Below are positions 54,804 to 62,541 of a DNA stretch of 64,000 bases, piece after piece. Positions within the stretch are counted from its first letter, which is position 1, and every line of letters begins with the position of its first letter. The DNA comes from Longimicrobiales bacterium (GTDB taxonomy: Bacteria; Gemmatimonadota; Gemmatimonadetes; Longimicrobiales; Gaopeijiaceae). The notes under the pieces were generated by a model. The model ran no database searches, was not told the origin of the DNA, and saw only the letters and a list, made by a program, of their open reading frames with translations. Made by a program: the position numbers and the translations under genes. The DNA lies in the NCBI GenBank assembly GCA_965202985.1, contig CBDBCF010000001.1:2208001-2272000 (forward strand), given 5' to 3'.

Positions 54804-55111
54804 CGCTGTAGCGATCTTCTTCGTCGCCGCCGTGGCAGGATGGGAAGCCATCGCCGGTAGCACGGAAGAGGCGCTCGGCGCCGTCGGGACGCTAGCGGCA
54901 GGCCCCGAGACGGACGTCGAGCCAGAGTCGCAGGGAGACTGCTACGACTTCGGCGTGCTGCCTGACGGCGTCTCGATCGAGGGTTGCTGGAACTGCGACA
55001 AAGGACGTCCACTGGGGCTGGTCGTTCTGGTGTGTCGACGTCACGCTTTCTTGCGATGACGGCGAAGGCAACTCGCTCGAGATCGACATCACGGATGTGG
55101 GACTCTGTTGA
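54757..55111 (+). pseudogene. Secreted 6-Cys small protein with an apparent +1 frameshift near 55000
   Basis: AAAGGAG then ATG; leader homologous to that of paralog 2; removing one A from gacaaaggac gives CWNCDKDVHWGWSFWCVDVTLSCDDGEGNSLEIDITDVGLC*. Confidence 0.55.
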
Positions 55112-55146
55112 CAAGACGCGACAAGTAGCCGAGTTGATTTGACGGT

Positions 55147-55311
55147 GATTGCGACTGAAGCCCTGGCGCAGGCTGCTTCTAGTCGTACAACATGTGCGGC
55201 GTCGCGGACCGAGCGAACTGCTCCAGCTCCGCTTCGGCGCCCTCCATGATCCCGGTGGCGCCGACGCCGGCGTCGATGCCGGTTCGCAGGCCGTCGTGTC
55301 CCCACAGGATG
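55147..55311 (-). repeat. Second copy of the namZ 3' end and downstream flank (direct repeat of 57046-57205)
   Basis: 55179-55311 aligns without gaps to 57073-57205 with 8 mismatches in 133 nt. Confidence 0.92.
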
Positions 55312-55426
55312 CGACGCGCGAGCCGACTTCACGCCGCGACTGCCTCCTTTACGCCCCCGTCACTTTGCTGGGGGTCAGCCCCGACGATGCCTCCGTCCAG
55401 CACCAACGCAACGCCTCCCACTTCCG

Positions 55427-56920
55427 TCACGCGCCCGCCACCTTGGTGGGGATCAGCCGACCGGTGCCGGCGCCGGCGCCCTCGCCTTTCTCGTAGTACT
55501 CGGCGTCCTGGTTCACGTTCCAGACGTCGTAGCGGGTCTCGCCGGCAATGATGTTCTCGACCGCGCACATGGCCGTCATCATCGCGTGGTCTTGGTTGTT
55601 GTACCTGTGCATCCCGTTGCGGCCGGTCAGATGCAGGCCGGGACATTTCGCCTCGACGAACCCCCGGATCAAGTTCACCCGGTCCGCATACCCTTCGTCG
55701 TACACCGGATACGCCTTCTTCTGCCGAATCACGAAGCCGTCGATCACGTCTTCGGCGACCGTCAGCCCGATCTGTATCAGCTCGCGCTTTCCTCGCTCCA
55801 CCAGCTCGGCGTCCGTGCTGTTCCACAGCCCGTCGCCCTCGAAGCAGAAGTACTCCATGCAGTAGAACGCAGTGTCGGGATCCGGAACCATCTCCGGCGA
55901 CCAGTACTTGTAGTTCTCGATCCGCCCGACCTTCACGTCCGGATCGTGGATGTAGATCCACTGGTCGGTGACGTCCTTGCGGTCCTTGACCACGATCCCG
56001 ACCGCGAGAAAGTCCCGGTACTTCAGCGCCTTCGCGGCGGCCGCGACCTCCGGCGACGGGCCCGGATCGACGAACCCGACGACCTCGCGCAGGGGCGCCG
56101 ACGAGATCACGTGCTCGGCTTCGTGGCTGGCTTCGTCGCCGTCCGGCCCCACCGACCCCACGCGCCACCTTCGGTCCGGCAGCCGTTCCAGGCTGGTCAC
56201 CAGCCGCCCCATCTCGATCTTGCCGCCCTGATCCAGAATCTTGCGCCCCGCGCTCTCCCACATCATGCCCGCACCCTTCGGCGGGTAGCGGAACGAGTTG
56301 ATCAGGGTCGTGATCACCTCCTTCCCCTTTCCCTTTGTGCGGCTGCCGGTCAGCGCGTTCCTAAGCGCGTCCGCCAGCGTGAAGCGCTTGATGCGCTGCG
56401 TCGCCCAGTCGGCCGAGATTTCCGAGCACTTCATGCCCCAGACCTTCTCGGTGTACGTTTCGAAGAACATCGAGAACAGCTTGCGGCCGAAGTTGTTGCA
56501 GACCCACTGCTCGAAGTTGTCGGGGTTCTTGACCGGAAACACCCGCGCCCTGAGGTAGGAGAGGACGCACATCGCCGATTCGACTACCCCGATCTTGCCG
56601 AAGATGTTGCCGAGCTTCAGCGGATAGTCGAAGAAGCTCTGCCGGTAGTAGATGCTCGACTTGCGCATGCAGCGCACAAAGCTCTCGTCGAGAATCTCCA
56701 GCCAGAGCTTGTCGACTTCCTCGGACTTGGTGTAGAAGCGGTGCCCGCCGATGTCGCAGCGGTAGCCGTTGTGGACGAACGTCCGGGAGAGGCCGCCCAG
56801 GTAGACGGGATCGGCTTCGAGGACGGTCACGGGAACATCCTTCCGGGACAGAAGGTACGCGGCCGTGAGGCCCGCGGGGCCGCCGCCTATGCAGAGAACG
56901 CGTGTCTTGGTCGAGGGCAT
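55427..56920 (-). CDS. FAD-dependent oxidoreductase (protoporphyrinogen oxidase / UDP-galactopyranose mutase-like family)
   Basis: IGGGPAGLTAA, GGLSRT, DIGGHRF, YTEKVWG, AYPVYD, GRNGMHRYNNQDHAM, WNVN. Confidence 0.85.
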   Translation of the reverse strand: MPSTKTRVLCIGGGPAGLTAAYLLSRKDVPVTVLEADPVYLGGLSRTFVHNGYRCDIGGHRFYTKSEEVDKLWLEILDESFVRCMRKSSIYYRQSFFDYPLKLGNIFGKIGVVESAMCVLSYLRARVFPVKNPDNFEQWVCNNFGRKLFSMFFETYTEKVWGMKCSEISADWATQRIKRFTLADALRNALTGSRTKGKGKEVITTLINSFRYPPKGAGMMWESAGRKILDQGGKIEMGRLVTSLERLPDRRWRVGSVGPDGDEASHEAEHVISSAPLREVVGFVDPGPSPEVAAAAKALKYRDFLAVGIVVKDRKDVTDQWIYIHDPDVKVGRIENYKYWSPEMVPDPDTAFYCMEYFCFEGDGLWNSTDAELVERGKRELIQIGLTVAEDVIDGFVIRQKKAYPVYDEGYADRVNLIRGFVEAKCPGLHLTGRNGMHRYNNQDHAMMTAMCAVENIIAGETRYDVWNVNQDAEYYEKGEGAGAGTGRLIPTKVAGA

Positions 56921-57072
56921 TGCGCTATTGGCGTGTGTCTGGGAGGAGGGTGAGAGGGGAAACGGAAGCGACGAAGCAAGATAGTGCAAGCAGGACCCGA
57001 GCGGGAGCCCCAACCGGTGGATCGCGGCCTACTGGACGAACACGCGATCGCGACTGCGAGCCCTGGCGCCGC

Positions 57073-58263
57073 CTAGTCGTAAAGCATGTGCGGCGTCGCG
57101 GAGCGGGCGAACTGCTCCAGCTCTGCTTCGGCGCCCTCCATGATCTCGGTGGCGCCGGCGCCGGCGTCGATGCCGGTTCGCAGGCCGTCGTGTCCCCATA
57201 GGATGTCGATGGGCGGCAGCGTTTCTTCGTACTCGTAGGGCGGTTCGCGCCAGCCGAAGTGGTCCGGCGCCAATGCGCGGGCGGCGGCCAGGATCTCGAC
57301 GGCGGTGCGCACGGGCTGGAAGGCGTCGGGGTCGGCGACGTGCAGCTGGGCGCCTCCGCACAGCCGGTCGGCGTGCTTCTGGAAGGTGGGCTCGAAGTGG
57401 CATGGACGAAAAACGACGCCGGGCAGCTTTGCGGCGCGCAGGCGGTGCGCCAGGGCCAGGGGGTCCAGCCACGGCGCCCCGAAGAGCTCGAAGGGGCGGG
57501 TGGTTCCGCGTCCTTCCGACAGGTTGGTTCCCTCCAGCAGCACCATCCCCGGATAGACGGCGCAGGAGTCCGTCGTCGGCAGGTTGGGGCTGGGCATGAT
57601 CCAGGGCAGGCCCGTGGCGCGCCAGTCGGTTCGGCGGCTCCAGCCTCGGCAGGGAAGCACCGACAGCTCGCAGCCGATCTTCCTCTCCGCGCACAGCCAG
57701 CGGGCCAGTTCGCCACAGGTCAGTCCGTGGCGCAGGGGTACCGGGTGCAATCCTACGAACGACTCGAAGCCGGGGCGGAGGACGGGGCCTTCCCGCTTGA
57801 CCCCGCTCACCGGGTTAGGTCGATCCAGCACGACAAACCGGACTCCGGCTTCGGCGCACGCCTCCATGGCCAGCGCCATCGTCCAGACGAAGGTGTAGAC
57901 GCGCACGCCCACGTCTTGAAGGTCGAACAGGACGGCGTCCAGGCCGGCCAGCATTTCGGGATCGGGCTTGCGGACACGACCGTAGAGCGAGTGGACCGGC
58001 AACCCCGTGGCCGGGTCGGCATACGAGTCCGACTCGATCATGTTGTCCTGCTTTTCGCCGCGCGCGCCGTGCTGCGGGCCGAAGAGGGCGCGGAGGTCCA
58101 GCCCGGCTTCGCGAACGGCGTCCACGCCGAAGACGAGGTCGGAGGTGACCGACGCCGGGTGAACGATCATGCCCAGTCGGGCCCCGACAAGGTCCAAGCG
58201 CCTCGCCGACGCGGGCTCGCGGGTCAGAACGTCGAGACCGGTCAGGACGTTGGCGCCGCTCAC
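57073..58263 (-). CDS. namZ: DUF1343 exo-beta-N-acetylmuramidase (NamZ-like)
   Basis: LFGPQHG, HSLYG, DLQDVGVRVYTF, LDRPNP, RHGLTCGE, PSPNLP, SEGRGTTRPFE. Confidence 0.88.
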   Translation of the reverse strand: MSGANVLTGLDVLTREPASARRLDLVGARLGMIVHPASVTSDLVFGVDAVREAGLDLRALFGPQHGARGEKQDNMIESDSYADPATGLPVHSLYGRVRKPDPEMLAGLDAVLFDLQDVGVRVYTFVWTMALAMEACAEAGVRFVVLDRPNPVSGVKREGPVLRPGFESFVGLHPVPLRHGLTCGELARWLCAERKIGCELSVLPCRGWSRRTDWRATGLPWIMPSPNLPTTDSCAVYPGMVLLEGTNLSEGRGTTRPFELFGAPWLDPLALAHRLRAAKLPGVVFRPCHFEPTFQKHADRLCGGAQLHVADPDAFQPVRTAVEILAAARALAPDHFGWREPPYEYEETLPPIDILWGHDGLRTGIDAGAGATEIMEGAEAELEQFARSATPHMLYD

Positions 58264-59078
58264 GTCTTCCGGGATTCGCCTTCGCCGGATTGCGGGAACA
58301 CCCGGTCCACCGTGACCCGGAGCGCTTGGCCGACGCGGTCCCGAACTGCCGGGGCGACTCCGTACGCCGACAGCCAGACACCCAGCTTCCAGCGGTCGCC
58401 GCTGCCCTCCAGCTCAACGTGCAGGACGCCGTCGCCGAACGACTCCACCATGCCGGCGAACGCCCAGGGCCGGTCGGAGTGGACCGCGACTCCCTCCAAG
58501 ACTTCGCCGCCGTCCAGCGCGAACCGAAAGCGGTCTCCGGCCAGGGGGGGCGGTGCGTTGCCCAGGCCGTCGGGCGCAAAGAGGCGACGCCAGACGTCTT
58601 CTCGCGTCCCGCGGACCCAGGGACGAGCGGAGATCATCGTTCGGGGGACGCCGGGGTGGCGCTCCAGGACATGCTTCAAGTTCCACAGGAAGAAGCGCCA
58701 GCCGTTCTCCATCATGTGCAGGAAGTCGTCCGCCTCCGGTCCTCCCGACAAGCCCGAGTTGACCAGGCGAAGTCGCATCCCGCCGTTCCTGGGCTCCAGG
58801 TAGTAGTCCAGCGCCGAAGGGGGCGTTCCCTCGGGCACGTCGTCCTCCAGCCGCAGGTGCACGCCGGGGCGCCAGACCGCGATACGGCTCGTCCACTCGC
58901 TGCCCTCGTCCCAGGCCACGGTGACGCTTCCGCCCTCGCCCGGCTCCGCCGACGCGATCGGAGAGAACCACCGCGACATCCACTCGCCGTCCGAGATGGC
59001 CGTCCACACGTCGGCGGGCGCCGCGTCGAGGTCCACCGAGAGATCGATTGTCCGCGCGCCTTCCTGTTCGCCGCTCAC
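58260..59078 (-). CDS. SRPBCC/AHSA1 domain protein, probably tandem domains
   Basis: LDAAPADVWTAISDGEWMSRWF, GWRFFLWNLKHVLE, second unit TREDVWRRL. Confidence 0.75.
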   Translation of the reverse strand: MSGEQEGARTIDLSVDLDAAPADVWTAISDGEWMSRWFSPIASAEPGEGGSVTVAWDEGSEWTSRIAVWRPGVHLRLEDDVPEGTPPSALDYYLEPRNGGMRLRLVNSGLSGGPEADDFLHMMENGWRFFLWNLKHVLERHPGVPRTMISARPWVRGTREDVWRRLFAPDGLGNAPPPLAGDRFRFALDGGEVLEGVAVHSDRPWAFAGMVESFGDGVLHVELEGSGDRWKLGVWLSAYGVAPAVRDRVGQALRVTVDRVFPQSGEGESRKT

Positions 59079-62000
59079 CTGCGCCCGCCTCGGGACAGCG
59101 CCCGGAAGTACTCCTCCACCAGCTCGCGATAGGCCTCGGGCACGTCTCCCGACGAGTGTAGCAGCAGTTGTTCTTCGTCCTCGGCCGCGAAGTCGCGTCG
59201 CAGGCGGAACTCGACCTGCTTCATGCTCTCGACCAGGGCGCTCCGCAGGCGCTGCACCTCTTGGGGGTCGTCGTAGGTGCGGTCGCGGTCCAAGGCGCGC
59301 ATGGCGGCGATCATGGCCTCCAGATCGCTCGGGTCGCCCCCTGCTTGGGTCACCAGTTCCGCCAACGTCCGCAGCTCGGACGCCCGCTCCCGAGCCTCCC
59401 TGCGCATCCCGCGCACGCCGCCCCCGCCTCCCGGGGTTCCCGCGCCCGCTCCCGGTCGCCGCTCCATCGACTCCAAGCTCCGCACCAAGTCGCGGGCCGA
59501 CTCTAGGGCCTCCGCTTCGGGGTCGCCGGCGGCGGTTCCGCGGCGCACGGCTTCGGCCGCGTCCTCCAGGCGGTTCCGCAGCGACTGGATGTTTTGGGCC
59601 GTCTGGTTCTCGAACGCACGGGCGTACTCCTCCTGGCCCGGACGCCCTACCAAGCCGCGAGAGTACAGCAACCGCTCTCGTAGCTGCGTGTCCCGGATGG
59701 CGGCGGCGGCCTCTTCCAGCTCGGCGGCCCCCTCCCGACCGTCGCGCCGGGCGTCGGCGGCGGCCCGGTTCAGCAGGTCCAGGATCTCGCCCGCCTCTTC
59801 GGCCATCGACTCCTTGGCGTCGAAGATGCGTCCCATCTGGTCCTGCGACGGACGGCCCACGCGCTCCATCGCCCGCACTCGGTTCTGCACCTCTTCCTGC
59901 CGCTGGGCCAGCCCGTCCGCCCGGCTCTGCGCCTCGGCCACGTCGCGCTCCAGCCGCGCGTCCTGCGCCCCCTCCAGCCGCTCCCGCGCCTGCCTAAGCC
60001 GCCGGAGCGCCGACTGCGCCTCCACGACTCCCTGGCTGCCCCTGCCGGCCGCCGCCCGGCGCATGGCGTCCGCGGCCTGCTGGAGCTCGCGCGACACCTC
60101 CTCCAGGCTCCGGTCTCCGGTCTCGCGGGACAGCCGCTCCAACTGCCTGGCGGCCTCTTCCGCGTCCTCCGCCAACTCCCGCGCGGCCTGGCCCCCGCCG
60201 CCCGCCGACCCGCCCTGCTGGACCGCGGCCCGCCGCCTTTGCCGCTCCAGCTCCTGTTCCTGTCGCCGCGCCAGCTCGCGCAACTTCTCCAGCGACTCGT
60301 CCACGCCCTGGTCGGCGGTCTGCTGCCGGCTGCGCTGCACGGTCTCGTACTGGTTGCGGAGCTTGTCGGTCTCCAGCTCGAAGAGATCGGCCAAGTCCTC
60401 GGCGGTGGGGCCGCCGCCCCCCTGACCGCCGCCGCCCTGCGAGGGCTCCGTCGTCACGAAGCGCTCGTAGGTCTCCTCGGCCTTTTGGAGCTCGCGCAGC
60501 GCCCGCTGCTCCGCCGGCACCGCACCGCCCGGACTCCCGGCGCGCAGCGAGTCCTCCGCCTCGCGCATGGCTTCGGCCGCCCTGGGCAGCGTTTCGGCGA
60601 TGCGGCGGAAGGCTTCGTCCGCGCCCGCAATGCCCCGGTTGCCGATCCGCTCGACCAGCGTCTCCACCTGTTCCCGCAGCCGCTGCTGGCCCAGCGCCAC
60701 GCTCACCACGTTCTCTTCCCAAGCGTCCGGGTCGTATCGGTCCCTGTCCCGCACCAAGTTGAAGCTCGCCGCGATGATCTGCCGCTGCATCGCCGACAGG
60801 TCCTGCTCCATCTCTCCTGCGCCCCCGCCGCCGCGCCCGCCGCCGCGCCCCTCGGCCTCGCGGAAGTCTCGGCGGAAGGGCCGGACTTGCAAGAAGTAGA
60901 TGTCGGTCATGGCTTGGTTGGGGACGGGCGCGTTGTCCCGCGCCACGGCGTGATAGGCGATCAAGTCGCCCGTCTCCAGCCCGAACTCCTCCATGAACAC
61001 GGTGTGGCCAGCGGCGACTTGAGCCAGCGGCCGTCGCCCGGCTTGGGCAGCGGACTGCTCGGAACCGTCGCCGAAGATGCGCACCGTGTCCGGCGCGCCG
61101 CCGTTGACGGAGTACACCCACAGCACTTCGGACACGCCGATGTCGTCCTCGGCCCGAGCCTCGACGAAGACCTCTTCGATGGCGCTGACTTGGGCGTCGC
61201 GACCGGGCTTGGCGAACGACACCGTCGGTCCTTGGTCCGCCAGCACGTCGATCCGGTAGTCGGGGGCGCCGGCGACCCAGGTCCCGTCCGCCGTTTGGAG
61301 CCGGATGCCGTAGAAGCCGTCTCGGCCCACGGTGAACGTCCCCTGGAAGGCGCTGCCGGGCGGGGCGCTCGCGTCTGCGGGGCCGGGCGCATCTGCCGAG
61401 ACCGGCGGGGCCGGCGAACCCGGCGCGGCTTCCGAGACGGATCGCATGGCCAGCGTGTCGCCGGTGTCAATGACAAGGAGCGCGCCCGGCGACGGCAGCG
61501 TGGTGCGGACGGACAGCTCGACGCGGGTGCCGGCCAAGGCGGCCACGTCTCCGCCGACCTCGAATCGGCGGGGCGCGAGTCCGGTGTACGCGGGGAAGTG
61601 GTACTCCATGGCCAGACCGTCCACCGCGGGCAGGTCGGCAACGCCCACGGCGAAGGTGGCCGACCGAACGCCGCTCGACTCCACGTAGTAGCGGGTGGAC
61701 CGCGCCACGTTCAGCAGCAGGCCGTCGAAGGTCCCGGCGCCGTCGGCGATCATGGGCATGGCAGCAAATGCGTTTTCGCCCTCTTCCATGGTGTAGAGGA
61801 CCACGTCGGTGGAGCCGAAGCCGTGAAGGACCGCCGAAATGCGCAAGTCCGAGTTGCGCGCGATCGTGGTGTCGCCCGGCGCGACCGAAACGCGGTACGG
61901 GTTCACCGCCTCCGCGGGCCGGCCCGGCAGGAAGAGCGCCGTGGCGCCGTGTCGAACAAAGCCGGGCCCCAGTCCGGCCAGCGCCGCCGATACCAGGGCG

Positions 62001-62536
62001 ACCCCGCCCAGCGCCCCCGAAGCCCGGCGGATCGACGACCGCTCGATCTTCTTGCCGTAGTCGATTCGGCGGCAGCCGTCGGCGGCGCGCTCGACCAACG
62101 CCGCCTGGATTTCAACCGGCCCTGTGCCGCCTGGCCCGCGACCGCCCGAGGCCCCCGGCGCGCGCTTCCCGACCGCTTCCACCGCCGCCAGGACGCGCGA
62201 CCGGAGGGCCGGCTCGTGCTCTTCCAAGTACAGGGCGACGCGCTCGTCGGAGACGCGACGAAGCAGCGGCCAAGCGACGAAGCGGACCAGAAGGAATCCG
62301 GTCGTCAGCCACAGCAGGGCTCGGAACGCCGTGACCGCTTGCGTGTCGAAGCGGAGCGCCTCCAGGCCCGAAGCCGACGCCACGAACGCCAGGAGCACGC
62401 CCGCTCCGGCGATCGCCAAACCCCGAAGCAGCAGCTTGATCCGCCAGCGACGGCGCACCAGGCGGACGGCCCGAAGAACGTTGGCGGAGGCGCGTGCCTC
62501 GCGGGCGAAGGCGGTACCGGCGGGGGACGGGTTCAT
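59075..62536 (-). CDS. DUF4175-like large membrane protein with Ig-like domains and a coiled-coil C-terminus
   Basis: Three TM segments, YHFPAYTG, ARAEDDIGV, Q/E/R-rich helices, terminal VPEAYRELVEEYFRAL. Confidence 0.7.
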   Translation of the reverse strand: MNPSPAGTAFAREARASANVLRAVRLVRRRWRIKLLLRGLAIAGAGVLLAFVASASGLEALRFDTQAVTAFRALLWLTTGFLLVRFVAWPLLRRVSDERVALYLEEHEPALRSRVLAAVEAVGKRAPGASGGRGPGGTGPVEIQAALVERAADGCRRIDYGKKIERSSIRRASGALGGVALVSAALAGLGPGFVRHGATALFLPGRPAEAVNPYRVSVAPGDTTIARNSDLRISAVLHGFGSTDVVLYTMEEGENAFAAMPMIADGAGTFDGLLLNVARSTRYYVESSGVRSATFAVGVADLPAVDGLAMEYHFPAYTGLAPRRFEVGGDVAALAGTRVELSVRTTLPSPGALLVIDTGDTLAMRSVSEAAPGSPAPPVSADAPGPADASAPPGSAFQGTFTVGRDGFYGIRLQTADGTWVAGAPDYRIDVLADQGPTVSFAKPGRDAQVSAIEEVFVEARAEDDIGVSEVLWVYSVNGGAPDTVRIFGDGSEQSAAQAGRRPLAQVAAGHTVFMEEFGLETGDLIAYHAVARDNAPVPNQAMTDIYFLQVRPFRRDFREAEGRGGGRGGGGAGEMEQDLSAMQRQIIAASFNLVRDRDRYDPDAWEENVVSVALGQQRLREQVETLVERIGNRGIAGADEAFRRIAETLPRAAEAMREAEDSLRAGSPGGAVPAEQRALRELQKAEETYERFVTTEPSQGGGGQGGGGPTAEDLADLFELETDKLRNQYETVQRSRQQTADQGVDESLEKLRELARRQEQELERQRRRAAVQQGGSAGGGGQAARELAEDAEEAARQLERLSRETGDRSLEEVSRELQQAADAMRRAAAGRGSQGVVEAQSALRRLRQARERLEGAQDARLERDVAEAQSRADGLAQRQEEVQNRVRAMERVGRPSQDQMGRIFDAKESMAEEAGEILDLLNRAAADARRDGREGAAELEEAAAAIRDTQLRERLLYSRGLVGRPGQEEYARAFENQTAQNIQSLRNRLEDAAEAVRRGTAAGDPEAEALESARDLVRSLESMERRPGAGAGTPGGGGGVRGMRREARERASELRTLAELVTQAGGDPSDLEAMIAAMRALDRDRTYDDPQEVQRLRSALVESMKQVEFRLRRDFAAEDEEQLLLHSSGDVPEAYRELVEEYFRALSRGGRR

Positions 62537-62541
62537 CGGCG

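Noticed and set aside
48445..55111. Classical RiPP cluster (lanthipeptide, ranthipeptide, thiopeptide)
   Set aside because: No radical SAM, LanB/C/M, YcaO or peptidase-ABC exporter genes; the peptides have Sec-type leaders
55147..57205. Diversity-generating retroelement TR/VR pair
   Set aside because: Mismatches are not adenine-specific, are mostly synonymous, and no reverse transcriptase is present
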